A stretch of DNA of 64,000 nt from Candidatus Omnitrophota bacterium (GCA_018825985.1 JAHKAP010000018.1:4134-68133); one strand, 5' to 3'; numbered from the stretch's first letter, positions 16,897-28,261 are shown. Numbers and translations: made by a program. The notes: generated from the sequence alone by a model not told the origin.

Positions 16897-17731
16897 CCCT
16901 GATCCCTTCCTCTAAAGCCTGGCGCATTACTGTTAACGGGGCATTTTGGCCGGTCCAGATCTTAAACGCCGCAGCTCCCTGATATAAAAGCATGCCTAAT
17001 CCATTTGAACAAACCGCGCCCCTCTCCCGGGCAACCCACAACAACCTGGTTTCCTGGGGGCTATAGATCAGATCATAAACCAATAAATCTTTGTGGATAA
17101 GTTCCGGATTGACTAAAAGATGATCTTCTTTTTTCATCCCTACAGGAGTGCAATTCACTAATAAAGAACAGTCCTTAATATCCAATTCGTGCACTGATTC
17201 CACGGCTTTGAAATTAATTTTCTTAAAATATCCCAGGCGCTCAATCAAAGCCTGGACCCGGGACTGATCAATATCATAAATAGCGATCGAAGAAGGTTGG
17301 CTCTTACAGAGGTAGACCGCGATAGCCCGGGCAGCGCCTCCTGCGCCTAATATAGCTATGTTTTTACCGCTGGGAGAATATTTAAGATCCTGGGTCAAAT
17401 GTCTGTAAAATCCTTCCCCGTCGGTGTTAAAACCTTCCAACCCGTCGGAAAAAACCCTGATTGTGTTCACCACCCCGATCAGGCCAGCTTCAACCGAAAA
17501 ACTGGTCATAAAAGGCACAATTTTTTCTTTATAAGGATAGGTTACATTAAGTCCCTGAATATTGTTTTCTTTTAACGATTCCAAAAAACCTGCCAGATCA
17601 TCTTCTTTTAATTCAAAAAGTTTATACCCGGCATCTATATTAAGTGCCTTGAATGCAGCATTGTGCATCAACGGAGAAAGGCTATGTTTCACCGGATAGC
17701 CAACCAAACCATAAGTCTGAATAGAGGTCAT
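16877..17731 (-). CDS. aroE: Shikimate dehydrogenase
   Basis: GLVGYPVKHSLSPLMHNAAF, NVTYPYK, ILGAGGAARA. Confidence 0.9.
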   Translation of the reverse strand: MTSIQTYGLVGYPVKHSLSPLMHNAAFKALNIDAGYKLFELKEDDLAGFLESLKENNIQGLNVTYPYKEKIVPFMTSFSVEAGLIGVVNTIRVFSDGLEGFNTDGEGFYRHLTQDLKYSPSGKNIAILGAGGAARAIAVYLCKSQPSSIAIYDIDQSRVQALIERLGYFKKINFKAVESVHELDIKDCSLLVNCTPVGMKKEDHLLVNPELIHKDLLVYDLIYSPQETRLLWVARERGAVCSNGLGMLLYQGAAAFKIWTGQNAPLTVMRQALEEGIRDAAAGN

Positions 17732-19236
17732 TTGGAGTGTACTTTGTTCAACGCATCCAGATAGGCTTTGATCGCGGCCTCAACTATATCGGTACTTGTT
17801 CCGCGTCCGGACGCGACTTTATCTTTTATCTTGAGTTTAAGAATGACTTCGCCTAAGGCGTCCTTGCCGGAAGTAACCGCTCCTAAGCGAAAATCCTCCA
17901 GGCTCCCTTTAATATTCACAATTTTATCAATCGCTTTAAAGCTGGCGTCTACCGGCCCATCACCAAACGAAGAACCTTTTAAAATATTTCCCTTTTTCCT
18001 TAATTGCACCAAAGCCTCGGGTTTAATCTCAGTCCCTGAAGAAGCCCTAAAATTCACCAATTCCCAGACCGGAATCCTGGCTATTGTTATTTCATCTTCA
18101 ATGATAGTCCTCAGGTCATCGTCAAAAATATCTTTTTTCTTATCCGCCAAGTTCTTAAAATTCTCAAAAGCCTTATTTAACTGCTCTTCATTCAAATGAA
18201 AACCTATTTTTTTCAATCTTTCGCTGAAGGCATGCCTGCCGGAATGTTTTCCCAGAACCAAGCCTTCTACCTGAAATCCGACATCCTCACCGCGGATAAT
18301 CTCATAAGTAGAACGCTCCTTAAGCACCCCGTCCTGATGAATGCCTGATTCGTGCCTGAAGGCGTTTCCTCCTACTATAGCTTTATTAGGGGCGATGACA
18401 AACCCGGTTAGTTTACTGACCAGCCTAGATGTTTTATAAATATTTTTCTTTATAATACCAGTCTTTAAGCCGGCGTAAATATCTTTGCGGGTATCTATTG
18501 ACATAACTATTTCTTCCAGGGAGGCGTTACCTGCCCTTTCGCCGATACCATTAATAGTACATTCAACCTGCCGGGCTCCGTTTTTAACCGCGGCCAGGGA
18601 ATTAGCCACAGCCAGACCTAAATCATTATGGCAGTGGACTGAAATTACAGCCTTATGGATATTCACAACATTCTCTTTAATGCCTTTAATTATTCTGCCA
18701 AATTCCTCAGGCTCGCTATAACCAACAGTATCCGGTATGTTAACCGTGCCTGCTCCGGCATTAATCACAGCTTCTACCACTCTATGAAGAAATTCCTTTT
18801 CAGTCCGGGAAGCGTCCTCCGGAGAAAACTCAATATCCGGACAGAGTTTTTTAGCGTAAGTAACTGCTTCAACTGCCAGGCGCAGAATCTCGTCTTCGGC
18901 TTTTTTAAGCTTATATTTCATATGTATCTTTGAGGTCGCCAGAAATACGTGAATGCGTGGATTTTTAGCCGGTTTTAAAGCCTCATAAGCCGCATCAATA
19001 TCCTTTTTTATTGAACGGCTCAATCCGCAAATTACCGGTCCTTTGATATTGCGGGCAATATCTTTTACTGATTCAAAATCACCCTTAGAGGAAATAGGAA
19101 ATCCCGCCTCGATTACATCTACCCTCAGCTCAGCTAAAGAACGGGCAACCTCTATTTTTTCTTTCTGGTTTAAGCTGGCTCCGGGCGCCTGTTCCCCATC
19201 CCGCAAGGTCGTATCAAATATAATTATCTTATCCAT
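17728..19236 (-). CDS. leuA: 2-isopropylmalate synthase family (LeuA; a citramalate synthase cannot be excluded)
   Basis: [27 protein letters not shown] and a C-terminal LeuA dimerisation/regulatory region. Start set to the ATG at 19236 (MDKIIIFD) with GGA 8 nt upstream. Confidence 0.85.
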   Translation of the reverse strand: MDKIIIFDTTLRDGEQAPGASLNQKEKIEVARSLAELRVDVIEAGFPISSKGDFESVKDIARNIKGPVICGLSRSIKKDIDAAYEALKPAKNPRIHVFLATSKIHMKYKLKKAEDEILRLAVEAVTYAKKLCPDIEFSPEDASRTEKEFLHRVVEAVINAGAGTVNIPDTVGYSEPEEFGRIIKGIKENVVNIHKAVISVHCHNDLGLAVANSLAAVKNGARQVECTINGIGERAGNASLEEIVMSIDTRKDIYAGLKTGIIKKNIYKTSRLVSKLTGFVIAPNKAIVGGNAFRHESGIHQDGVLKERSTYEIIRGEDVGFQVEGLVLGKHSGRHAFSERLKKIGFHLNEEQLNKAFENFKNLADKKKDIFDDDLRTIIEDEITIARIPVWELVNFRASSGTEIKPEALVQLRKKGNILKGSSFGDGPVDASFKAIDKIVNIKGSLEDFRLGAVTSGKDALGEVILKLKIKDKVASGRGTSTDIVEAAIKAYLDALNKVHSK

Positions 19237-19254
19237 ATACACATCCTTATAAAA

Positions 19255-19340
19255 GTAGTTAGTAGATAGTAGGTAGTATGTAGGGTTCAGTAAATTCTGA
19301 TCTTTCCCCTAATACCTACCTACTACATGCTACCTACTAC
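19255..19340 (-). repeat. TAG/GTAG-rich intercistronic palindromic element, copy A (ilvC stop to leuA start)
   Basis: Left arm GTAGTTAGTAGATAGTAGGTAGTATGTAGGG and right arm CCCCTAATACCTACCTACTACATGCTACCTACTAC. The ilvC TAG stop (19337..19339) lies inside the arm. Confidence 0.7.
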
Positions 19341-20329
19341 TTTTTCATCCAGGGCATCATCTCACGAAGCTGTTTCCCCACCTTTTCGATCAGATGCTCA
19401 TCGCCTTCTTTTAACATCCGGTTAAAATTCGGCCTGCCGTCTTCATTCTCTTTGATCCACTCTTTGGCGAACTTCCCTTTTTGGATCTCTTTTAAAATCT
19501 TCTTCATCTCTTTCCTGGTCTTTTCGGTAATTATCCTCTTGCCCCGGCTTAAATCCCCGTAACAAGCAGTATTGGAAACTCCCCGGCGCATCCCGGATAT
19601 ACCCTTTTCCTGGATCAAATCGGTAATTAATTTTAACTCATGTAATACTTCAAAATAGGCTATCTCTGGTTGATAACCAGCCTCAACCAAAGTATCAAAA
19701 CCAGCCTTAATCAGCTCGGTCACTCCGCCGCAAAGCACAGCCTGTTCTCCGAAAAGATCAGTTTCGGTTTCTTCGGTAAAAGTAGTTTCAATTACTCCGG
19801 CCTTGGTTGCGCCTATAGCTTTGGCATAAGCCAAACCAATCTGACGGGCCACTCCAGTGGCATCCTGAAAAACCGCTAATAAACAAGGAACACCCTTGCC
19901 CTCCTCAAACATCCTGCGGACTAACGCTCCCGGTCCTTTGGGCGCGACCATAAACACATCCACATTCTTAGGCGGCTTTATTTGTTTAAAACGGATATTA
20001 AAACCATGGGAAAAACAAAGGGCCTTCCCCTTTTTTAGATTCGGCTTGATGCTTTCATTATAAACCTTGGACTGAACATGATCCTGGGTTAATATCTGTA
20101 TAATATCTCCGGCCTTAGCAGCTTCTAAAGCTGGGACAGGGGTAAACCCGTCTTTTTTAGCCTGCTCAAAATTAACAGTCCCCTCCATTTCAGAAACCAC
20201 TACATGGCATCCGGAATCACGCAAACACAATGCCTGGCCCCGGCCCTGAATACCATAACCAATAATAGCGATAGTCTTATCTTTCAACAAACTCAGATCC
20301 GCATCCTGCTCATAATAAATTTTAATCAT
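19337..20329 (-). CDS. ilvC: Ketol-acid reductoisomerase (class I)
   Basis: [19 protein letters not shown]; 330 aa with typical KARI conservation. Confidence 0.95.
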   Translation of the reverse strand: MIKIYYEQDADLSLLKDKTIAIIGYGIQGRGQALCLRDSGCHVVVSEMEGTVNFEQAKKDGFTPVPALEAAKAGDIIQILTQDHVQSKVYNESIKPNLKKGKALCFSHGFNIRFKQIKPPKNVDVFMVAPKGPGALVRRMFEEGKGVPCLLAVFQDATGVARQIGLAYAKAIGATKAGVIETTFTEETETDLFGEQAVLCGGVTELIKAGFDTLVEAGYQPEIAYFEVLHELKLITDLIQEKGISGMRRGVSNTACYGDLSRGKRIITEKTRKEMKKILKEIQKGKFAKEWIKENEDGRPNFNRMLKEGDEHLIEKVGKQLREMMPWMKK

Positions 20330-20418
20330 TTTTTCCCCCCTGAACTCCTACTGTTTTAATTCAGCGAAACCCCGCCTTTTTGGTAAAATATGGTTTTTAT
20401 CGCGCCAAAAGGGCTAGG

Positions 20419-20892
20419 CTAATAAGCCATAACTATCCTGCCGCCCCGGATCAGTTCTTTTATCCCAAACTTAGTGAGCGCCTCCAATAATTGTTTTATC
20501 TGAGCCTGCTCGCCTACTACTTCTATTACCGCGGTATCGGCCTTATGGTAAACGGTCTTGGCTAAATATTTATTTAAGATATTTTCTAATCTGGTTTTAT
20601 CTTTAGACGAATAATTAACCTTAACTAAAACCAGCTCCCTGTCCACATGTTCTTTTTTGGTAAAATCAGTTACGGTAATCACATCAATAAGCCGATTGAG
20701 CTGTTTTTTAATCTGCTCCAAAATATTTTCATCTTTAGCCTCGACAACTATGGTCATCGCTGAAATTTCCGGATCTAGAGTCTCATTAACCGCCAAGGAA
20801 GCGATATTATAACCCCGGGCGCTGAATAAACCGGATATCCTGGCTAAAACACCAAATTTGTTCTCTACTAATACTGAAATCGTATGTCTCAT
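20419..20892 (-). CDS. ilvN: Acetolactate synthase small (regulatory) subunit
   Basis: ACT-domain N-terminus HTISVLVENKFGVLARISGLFSARGYNI. Confidence 0.9.
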   Translation of the reverse strand: MRHTISVLVENKFGVLARISGLFSARGYNIASLAVNETLDPEISAMTIVVEAKDENILEQIKKQLNRLIDVITVTDFTKKEHVDRELVLVKVNYSSKDKTRLENILNKYLAKTVYHKADTAVIEVVGEQAQIKQLLEALTKFGIKELIRGGRIVMAY

Positions 20893-20898
20893 ATTCTC

Positions 20899-22323
20899 CT
20901 ATACTAAGTTTATAAATATCTCGGTAGTCTTTGGGTCATAACGGATACCGCTGTATTTTTTTAATTCCTCTTTTGCCTCGCTAAAACTTAAACCTTTACG
21001 GTAAGGCCTGTCGGTGGTCATGGCGTCAAAAGAATCCGCGATAGAAAGGATCCTGGCGCCCATAGGTATCTCATCCCCCTTTAAGCCATCCGGGTAACCT
21101 GTGCCGTCAAGCGACTCATGGTGGTACCTGATTATACTGCACAGCCTTGAAAGAGACCTTATCGGCTTAACGATACCTTCGCCGATCACCGGATGCCCGC
21201 GCATTACCCGGGCCTCATCCTCATTTAAAAAAGTTGGTTTTCTTAAAATATCGTCACTTATCCCGATTTTACCTACATCATGAAGAAGGGCTGCGTCTTT
21301 TAAGGATTTGATAAAATCCTGGTCCAGCCCCAATTCTTTAGCGATCTTAACCGAATAGTCAGCCACCCTGTCCGAATGGCCGCGGCTATATAGATCACGG
21401 GCCTCAACTGCCATAGCTAAAGCGGAGATTGTCTCCAGATATGTCTTTTCGGCATCGATATTTAACCTTTCATTTTCCACCGCTACAGCTGTCTGGGTAG
21501 CTAAATTAGAGATAATTATTAATTCATCTTCCTGAAAATTACCCGGGATTATCTTACCCGCTACCGCCAAGACCCCAACGATTTTATCTTTATACAACAT
21601 TGGCGCGCACAACAAAGGCGGAGCAAAAGGATCTTCACCCGAACGTTCACCCGTTTTATTGACATCGGGAACCAACAATGGTTTTTTATTTTTCGCTGCC
21701 CATCCCGGGCCTTCTTCGCCTATTTTTAATCTTAAAGAGCTAAAGACACTGCCTATCCCGGCCGAAGCTTTAATATATAACTCCTGTTTTGCATCATCAA
21801 CAAGCATTAATGCTCCGGTCTTAGCGTCCAAGGCATTTGTGGTTACCTCAATGATCAATTCTAAAAAAGTATCGATGTTTTTAGAATTGGATATCCCGGC
21901 GGCAAGCTTGGTCAAGACATCCTGTATTGTCCGCTTTGATGCCTCCAGACGCTTAATATTCTCCTCCAGATTCTTGGTAATTTCATTAAAGGTTTTGGCT
22001 AACTGAGTTATTTCGCTTTCATCATCTTTAACCTCACCCAAAACAGAAATACCCCCCCCTAATGAACCCCTAGTTTTTCTGGACAATTCCTGGATCTTTT
22101 TTATAGAACTGCGCATACTAAAAAAACCGATCATAGAACCGATCCCGATAAGAAATATGATCCTTATTAATACTCCATGACTGATATTAATTGTATCCGA
22201 GTTATTGGACCGGATCAGTAAAAAAGTAACTACTAAAAAAGGTAAAATCGACATTACAAAGAACAATACCGAGAACTTTCGGATTATAGAAGAATCTCTT
22301 ATTGAAGTTAGTTTAAGCGCCAT
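20899..22323 (-). CDS. Membrane-anchored GAF plus HD-GYP signalling protein (putative c-di-GMP phosphodiesterase)
   Basis: N-terminal TM spans, a HAMP-like linker and a GAF-like region, then HSDRVADY...LHDVGKIGI...HHESLDGTGYPDGL (HD-GYP). Confidence 0.85.
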   Translation of the reverse strand: MALKLTSIRDSSIIRKFSVLFFVMSILPFLVVTFLLIRSNNSDTINISHGVLIRIIFLIGIGSMIGFFSMRSSIKKIQELSRKTRGSLGGGISVLGEVKDDESEITQLAKTFNEITKNLEENIKRLEASKRTIQDVLTKLAAGISNSKNIDTFLELIIEVTTNALDAKTGALMLVDDAKQELYIKASAGIGSVFSSLRLKIGEEGPGWAAKNKKPLLVPDVNKTGERSGEDPFAPPLLCAPMLYKDKIVGVLAVAGKIIPGNFQEDELIIISNLATQTAVAVENERLNIDAEKTYLETISALAMAVEARDLYSRGHSDRVADYSVKIAKELGLDQDFIKSLKDAALLHDVGKIGISDDILRKPTFLNEDEARVMRGHPVIGEGIVKPIRSLSRLCSIIRYHHESLDGTGYPDGLKGDEIPMGARILSIADSFDAMTTDRPYRKGLSFSEAKEELKKYSGIRYDPKTTEIFINLV

Positions 22324-22339
22324 ATTATTTATTAGAAGA

Positions 22340-24007
22340 CTAGGCTAATCCTTCGATCATCCTATTAATAGCTTCGCCTGCCGGAACCATCGGCCATACA
22401 TTTTCTTCCGGATCTACCGCGATATCCACAAAAACAACATTATCCGTATCAAAAGCCTTTATAATAGCCGCGCGAACCTGCTCTTTTTTATTCACCCGAA
22501 TACCCACCGCTCCATAGCTTTCCGCAAGTTTTACAAAATCCGGGCTATAGATAGGAGTGTGGGAATAACGCTTTTTATAAAACAGCTCCTGCCACTGCCT
22601 GACCATCCCTAAATAACCGTTGTTTAGAATAAACACCTTAACGTTTATCTTATTGGCCACGCAAGTCGCCAATTCCTGGATATTCATCTGGATCGAGCCG
22701 TCGCCGGCAATATCAATAACTTTTTTTTCCGGGCAGCCTATCTTCGCTCCTATTGCCGCCGGAAAACCAAAACCCATTGTTCCTAATCCTCCGGATGAGA
22801 TAAATGTCCGCGGATATATATAGGTAAACCACTGAGCAGCCCACATCTGGTTCTGGCCGACTTCAGTAGTGACGATTACGTCCCCTTTAGTAACATCATA
22901 GATCTGCTCAATAACATATTGAGGCTTGATCTTGCCATCTCCAGACTTATATTTTAAAGGATGCTTTTTCTTCCAGGAATCAACGGTCTTTAACCACTCT
23001 GAGGTATCCGGAGATTTTTTAATCTCTTCAATCAATTGCCCTAAAATATTTTTAGCATCACCCACTATCGGAATATCCACTTTAATATTCTTACTAATCG
23101 ATGTAGGATCAATATCAATGTGGATGACTTTTGCCGTTGGAGCAAAAGAATCGATCCTTCCGGTTACCCGGTCATCAAAACGCGCGCCCACAGCGATGAT
23201 CAAATCGGATTCAGTAGTCGCGTGGTTAGCATAAGCAGTGCCATGCATGCCCAACATACCTAAACATAAAGGATGAGTTCCCGGAAAACAGCCTAAACCC
23301 ATCAAGGTCATGGTTACAGGAGCGTTTATCTTCTCAGCCAGGACCTTTAATTCCTGGGCAGCACCGGACGTGATTACTCCTCCGCCGGCGTAGATTATCG
23401 GCTTTTTAGATTGGGATATCAATCTGGCTGATTTTTTAATCTGTCCGGGATGCCCGAAAAGAGTAGGTTTATATCCCCGGATATCCACTACTTCCGGCCA
23501 GACAAATTCAATATTCTGCATCTGGACATCCGATGGGATATCAATTAAGACCGGACCCGGCCTTCCGGTTGAGGCGATAAAAAAAGCCTCCCGAATTATC
23601 CTGGCTAGGTCTTTAGTGTCTTTGACTAAATAATTATGCTTAGTTATCGGCCGAGTGATACCTGTAACATCGGCTTCCTGAAAAGCGTCATTACCGATCA
23701 AAAAAGTCTTTACCTGGCCGGTAATTGCCACCATTGGGATGGAATCCATATAGGCATCCGCGATCCCCGTAGTAAGATTGGTTGCCCCCGGGCCTGAAGT
23801 AGCCAGGCAGACCCCCACCTTACCGGTTGCCCGAGCATAACCTTCGGCAGCATGGGCAGCGCCTTGTTCATGCCTGGTTAGTATAAGCTTTAAAGTTGAA
23901 TCGTAGAGCTTATCAAAAATAGGCAGAACCTGCCCGCCAGGGTAACCAAAGATATACTCTACGCCTTCACGCTTCAAACATTCTAATAATATTTCCGCAC
24001 CAGTCAT
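22340..24007 (-). CDS. ilvB: Acetolactate synthase large subunit
   Basis: ThDP enzyme: [12 protein letters not shown] and [17 protein letters not shown]...[12 protein letters not shown]. Confidence 0.95.
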   Translation of the reverse strand: MTGAEILLECLKREGVEYIFGYPGGQVLPIFDKLYDSTLKLILTRHEQGAAHAAEGYARATGKVGVCLATSGPGATNLTTGIADAYMDSIPMVAITGQVKTFLIGNDAFQEADVTGITRPITKHNYLVKDTKDLARIIREAFFIASTGRPGPVLIDIPSDVQMQNIEFVWPEVVDIRGYKPTLFGHPGQIKKSARLISQSKKPIIYAGGGVITSGAAQELKVLAEKINAPVTMTLMGLGCFPGTHPLCLGMLGMHGTAYANHATTESDLIIAVGARFDDRVTGRIDSFAPTAKVIHIDIDPTSISKNIKVDIPIVGDAKNILGQLIEEIKKSPDTSEWLKTVDSWKKKHPLKYKSGDGKIKPQYVIEQIYDVTKGDVIVTTEVGQNQMWAAQWFTYIYPRTFISSGGLGTMGFGFPAAIGAKIGCPEKKVIDIAGDGSIQMNIQELATCVANKINVKVFILNNGYLGMVRQWQELFYKKRYSHTPIYSPDFVKLAESYGAVGIRVNKKEQVRAAIIKAFDTDNVVFVDIAVDPEENVWPMVPAGEAINRMIEGLA

Positions 24008-25660
24008 TTAACTAACCACCGCTCCTTTATCCGCTGAAGAGACCATTTTGGAATAACGGGCCAGATACCCGGTCCTGATCTTGGGAGGAACCGGAATCCA
24101 TTTCTTAAATCTTTTTTCTATTTCCTGTTTGCTTAATTTAACCTCTAATTTTCTATTCGGTATATCTATATTGATTATATCATTATCTTTTAAAATCGCA
24201 ATTACACCCTTGTTTGCCGCCTCAGGAGAAACATGCCCGATACAAGGGCCTTTAGTCCCTCCGGAAAATCTTCCGTCAGTGATCAAGGCCACGGAATCAG
24301 CCAGGCCCATACCTACGATCGCCGCGGTAGGAGCCAGCATCTCGCGCATACCCGGACCGCCTGCCGGGCCTTCATAACGGATAACGATCACTTCTGCGCC
24401 CTTAATCTTTCCCCCCAGGATCGCCTGCATCGCTTCTTCTTCCCGGTTGAAAACTTTTGCCCTTCCACTGAATTTCATCATCTTGGAGTTTACCGCTGAC
24501 TGTTTGACTACCGCCCCATTCGGCGCCAAGTTCCCGAATAAAACAGCGATACCACCCTGTTCATGATAAGCCTTATTTAACGGCCGGATCACTTCTTCAT
24601 CAAAAATCTCAGCCTCATCAGCGATCTCAAATATCTTTTTACCGCTTAAAGTCAGGGTATTATTCAATCTGGATTTTAAACGCTTCAGTACTGCCGGGAT
24701 ACCTCCGGCAAATTCCACATCTTCCATAAAATGCGGACCAGCCGGCTCCAGATTAGTGATATGCGCAGTCTTCTTGCTGATATCATCAAAAACCTTAAGC
24801 CCCAATTTGATCTTAGCTTCATTAGCGATAGCCATGAGATGTAAAACCGTATTGCTGGAACCACCCAGCGCCATATCCACAGTAATAGCATTTTCCAAGG
24901 ATTGCTTATTGATAATATCCAGCGGTTTAATATCTTTCCGGACTAATTCTACTATCCGCTCTCCGCTAGCCTGGGCGATCCTGCGTTTGTTGGCTGACAC
25001 AGCCAGAGCAGTTGCGCAACCCGGCAATGACATGCCTAAAGTTTCAGTAAGACAGGCCATGGTATTAGCGGTATAAAGGCCCTGGCATGAACCTGCGCCA
25101 GGACAGGCCTGCTGTTCAATACACTCTAATTCTCCGGCTGAGATCTCGCCTTTTTTTGCCCGGCCTAAAGCTTCATAAGTATCATGAACAAAAGCTAATT
25201 TTCTAGTCTTATACCTTCCGGAAAGCATCGGCCCGGCAGTAACTATAATTGCCGGTATATTCAATCTGGATACGCCCATAAGCATGCCCGGAGTAATTTT
25301 ATCACAGTTAGTCAAGCAGATAATCCCATCCAATTGATGGGCATTACAAACAGTCTCTATAGTATCGGCAACGATCTCCCTTGAGGCTAAAGGATAACAC
25401 ATCCCGAGATGACCCATAGCAATACCATCACAAATACCCGGGACCCCGAAGAAAAATGGCACACCTGCGGCATAACAGATACCCCGCTCAATATAACGCT
25501 CGAGATCCCGCATCCCGATATGCCCGGGGATCAGATCAGTAAAAGATGTAGCCACGCCTATAAAAGGTTTATCAAAATCCCTTTTAGATAATCCCGTAGC
25601 GTAAAGAAGCGCCCGGTGAGGAACCCTCTCCAAACCTTTCTTGATCTTGTCTGATCTCAT
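24008..25660 (-). CDS. ilvD: Dihydroxy-acid dehydratase
   Basis: [29 protein letters not shown]. Start set to the ATG at 25660 (MRSDKIKKG) with GGAGG 8 nt upstream. Confidence 0.95.
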   Translation of the reverse strand: MRSDKIKKGLERVPHRALLYATGLSKRDFDKPFIGVATSFTDLIPGHIGMRDLERYIERGICYAAGVPFFFGVPGICDGIAMGHLGMCYPLASREIVADTIETVCNAHQLDGIICLTNCDKITPGMLMGVSRLNIPAIIVTAGPMLSGRYKTRKLAFVHDTYEALGRAKKGEISAGELECIEQQACPGAGSCQGLYTANTMACLTETLGMSLPGCATALAVSANKRRIAQASGERIVELVRKDIKPLDIINKQSLENAITVDMALGGSSNTVLHLMAIANEAKIKLGLKVFDDISKKTAHITNLEPAGPHFMEDVEFAGGIPAVLKRLKSRLNNTLTLSGKKIFEIADEAEIFDEEVIRPLNKAYHEQGGIAVLFGNLAPNGAVVKQSAVNSKMMKFSGRAKVFNREEEAMQAILGGKIKGAEVIVIRYEGPAGGPGMREMLAPTAAIVGMGLADSVALITDGRFSGGTKGPCIGHVSPEAANKGVIAILKDNDIINIDIPNRKLEVKLSKQEIEKRFKKWIPVPPKIRTGYLARYSKMVSSADKGAVVS

Positions 25661-25682
25661 AATAGAACCTCCAAGCAACTTT

Positions 25683-25796
25683 AGTATTTAGTAGATAGTA
25701 GTTAGGTTTTAGGGAAAACCTTCACCCTATATCCTACCTACTGTCTTTGAATTTGCTTTTCCCTACCTACTATATACTACCTACTACATACTGCTT
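25683..25796 (-). repeat. TAG/GTAG-rich intercistronic palindromic element, copy B (fba stop to ilvD RBS)
   Basis: AGTATTTAGTAGATAGTAGTTAGGT...CCCTACCTACTATATACTACCTACTACATACTGCTTTTA. Both ends are near-identical to copy C. Confidence 0.75.
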
Positions 25797-27119
25797 TTAA
25801 TCAGCGCCTTCTCCGTCATGCACCACTTCGCTGTCTTGGCGCTTACGAATAATAACCCTTTTTAAAATCACGTATTTATCTATTAATTCCTTATTATTTA
25901 AATTATTCAACTGTTTAAACAGGAAATCAAACTTAGCCTCAATCTCCGCGGCAATGGCATTGCGCGTTTCAACAGGTAAAGACATAATCTCTTTTTTAAA
26001 AGGCCCTAATGCTTTTTTGCGGGTCTTATAGAAAAACTGTTCTTCGGTTTCGCCGGCCTTTGCCTCAGATGCGGCATTGACTTTCAACCATTCATAAATC
26101 TTAAGCTTCAAAGCGGCTGGAAAATGCTTGCTCTCGTAAATCATATTCTGGAATTCTGTTGCCAGATGAACCTCGGCGGCATCGCATTCCGGGAATTTAT
26201 GAAAAGCCTCGGCCGGAAGGGTTGATGCCCCGTGCTGAACAGCCCCGGATAAACCAAATTCTTTTCTGGAGATATTGGAGAGATTCTTTAAGGTATCAAA
26301 GTCCAGCTTTACCTGGGCAATTGAACCGTCAGGCAAAACCACCCCGCCATGAGAAGTCCCGGTCTGAATGGAAATCTTGCTTATCCCGGTTAACCCTTTG
26401 CGTAACTTTTCTTTATATCCGTTCATAAACGCCCTTAGATCTTCCGGCGTGGAATTTTGATGGCCGACTTCCCCGATCTCCCCGCCTACTGAAACAGTAA
26501 TTCCTTTAGGCTCGATCCTGCGTATAAACTGTGTTAACCTGGCGCAAACCTCATAATTTAACTGCTGTTGTTTTTTAATATCAGTCTTAGAAAGGTCCAC
26601 AACTGTTGAAGAATCAATATCAATATTATAAAATCCCGCGGATATCGCATCGGTTATCAGGGCCTTTAGCCCTTCCATCTCTTTATCCGGGTCTTCCTTG
26701 AATTTTTTAGCGTTAACCTGAAAATGGTCGCCCTGGATAAAGACAGGTCCTCTAAACCCCTCCTTTACTGCCGCGGCAACGATAACCGCAGAATATTCAA
26801 CCGGAGGCTGGTTAGTATAGCCCATCTCTGACTTAGCGATCTCAAAAATCACCGCGCCGCTATTATTCTTTTTTGCCGTCCTAAATAATGCCTTGGCCAG
26901 GTCATAAGTCATACTTCTTAAATTTATGGCCGGCACGGTAAAACCGCTAAAATCCCCCTTGCCCATAGCTATGTAGAAATCATGAATGCTTGAAGGGTAA
27001 ACCCCATTCTTATAACCCAAATCCAAAATCTTCTTGGCAATCTTTTTCTTGAGAGCTGTCCCATCAGCCATAATTAATTCCATTACAATCTTATCCATGT
27101 CCATCGGCCTTCTTCCCAT
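25797..27119 (-). CDS. fba: Class II fructose/ketose-bisphosphate aldolase (long form)
   Basis: FTVPAINLRS, FIQGDHFQV, IQTGTSHGG, VQHGASTLP. Confidence 0.8.
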   Translation of the reverse strand: MGRRPMDMDKIVMELIMADGTALKKKIAKKILDLGYKNGVYPSSIHDFYIAMGKGDFSGFTVPAINLRSMTYDLAKALFRTAKKNNSGAVIFEIAKSEMGYTNQPPVEYSAVIVAAAVKEGFRGPVFIQGDHFQVNAKKFKEDPDKEMEGLKALITDAISAGFYNIDIDSSTVVDLSKTDIKKQQQLNYEVCARLTQFIRRIEPKGITVSVGGEIGEVGHQNSTPEDLRAFMNGYKEKLRKGLTGISKISIQTGTSHGGVVLPDGSIAQVKLDFDTLKNLSNISRKEFGLSGAVQHGASTLPAEAFHKFPECDAAEVHLATEFQNMIYESKHFPAALKLKIYEWLKVNAASEAKAGETEEQFFYKTRKKALGPFKKEIMSLPVETRNAIAAEIEAKFDFLFKQLNNLNNKELIDKYVILKRVIIRKRQDSEVVHDGEGAD

Positions 27120-27164
27120 TTTAAACCATTCCTTTCCTTAAAGATTATTAATAATATTCTTTAA

Positions 27165-28130
27165 CTAAGTAAGTATTTTGATCAACTGATAAAAATTATC
27201 TGTCTCAAATTTCTTTTTACTAACGGCAAATTCTAAATCCACTATATTAATATCATCGGAGATAATACCTACTGCTTTCCCCTTTTCTCCTTTTATCAAT
27301 AACTCCACCGCCTTAGCTCCTAAACGGCTGGCCAGGATCCTATCCCGGGCAGTCGGTGTTCCCCCGCGCTGGGTATGACCCAAGATTACCACCCTGGTCT
27401 CTAAAGAAGTGCGGTCAGTGATCTGTTTCGCGATATCCTCAGCCTTAGCCTTTCCTTCAGCCACAACTATGATCCAGCTTATTTTACCCTTTAAGTTTCC
27501 TTCGACAATATCATGGCACATTATATTAAAATCAAATTTTCTTTCCGGGATTAAACAATCTTCCGTGCCACCGCCTAAAGCTGCCTGCAGGGCAATGAAA
27601 CCGCTATCCCTGCCCATAACCTCAACTACAAAGATACGCTCCATTGAAGTAGCGGTATCCCTTATTTTATCTATCGCCTCTAACGCTGTGTTTACCGCGG
27701 TATCCGAACCGATAGTAGAATCTGTCCCGTTGACATCATTATCGATTGTTCCCGGTACGCCTATACAAGATATTCCCCATTTTTTACCCAGGGCAATTCC
27801 GCCCCGATATGTCCCGTCTCCTCCGATTAAAACCAAACCATCGATATTATTCTTTTTTATCACTTCAACTGCCCTAGCTTGGCCGTCTTCAGTAAGAAAT
27901 TCCGGACAGCGAGCGGTTTTTAAAATAGTCCCGCCCCGGCTGATGATGTTGGATACAAAACGATGGTCGAGTAATTGCAATTCCTCATTAATCAACCCGG
28001 AATACCCCTTGATTATACCCATCACTTCAATTTTATAGTGCAGGGCATAACGGACCACCGACCGGATCGCTGCGTTCATTGCCGGCGCATCGCCACCTGA
28101 AGTCAACACCCCTATTCTTTTAATCACCAT
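27165..28130 (-). CDS. pfkA: 6-phosphofructokinase
   Basis: TSGGDAPAMNAAIR, IGGDGTYRG, PGTIDNDV, VEVMGRDSG, LGHTQRGG. Confidence 0.9.
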   Translation of the reverse strand: MVIKRIGVLTSGGDAPAMNAAIRSVVRYALHYKIEVMGIIKGYSGLINEELQLLDHRFVSNIISRGGTILKTARCPEFLTEDGQARAVEVIKKNNIDGLVLIGGDGTYRGGIALGKKWGISCIGVPGTIDNDVNGTDSTIGSDTAVNTALEAIDKIRDTATSMERIFVVEVMGRDSGFIALQAALGGGTEDCLIPERKFDFNIMCHDIVEGNLKGKISWIIVVAEGKAKAEDIAKQITDRTSLETRVVILGHTQRGGTPTARDRILASRLGAKAVELLIKGEKGKAVGIISDDINIVDLEFAVSKKKFETDNFYQLIKILT

Positions 28131-28139
28131 GATAAGTTC

Positions 28140-28261
28140 AGTATTTAGTAGATAGTAGTTAGGTATTAGGGAAAATCTACGCCCTAAGCTCTACCTGCTA
28201 TATACTTGCTACTGCCTTTGTTTTTCCCTGTCTACTACATACTACCTACTATATACTGCTT
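28140..28261 (-). repeat. TAG/GTAG-rich intercistronic palindromic element, copy C (ahcY stop to pfkA start)
   Basis: It shares its first 25 nt (AGTATTTAGTAGATAGTAGTTAGGT) and its last ~20 nt (ACTACCTACTAYATACTGCTTTTA) with copy B. Confidence 0.75.

Noticed and set aside
20383-20415. 10-bp hairpin just after the ilvN stop as a terminator
   Set aside because: It has no U tract on the coding strand and a 20-nt AT-rich loop, and ilvC follows 90 nt later on the same strand. The support is weak, so it is not listed as a feature.
27409-28038. 209-aa plus-strand ORF antisense to pfkA. Similar long antisense ORFs include 52360..52998, 37337..37843, 49121..49594, 56208..56702, 62933..63391 and 11201..11644.
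   Set aside because: They are shadow ORFs opposite well-supported, motif-rich minus-strand genes. Their Ser/Pro/Ile-rich compositions are typical of antisense frames, and none has a recognisable domain.
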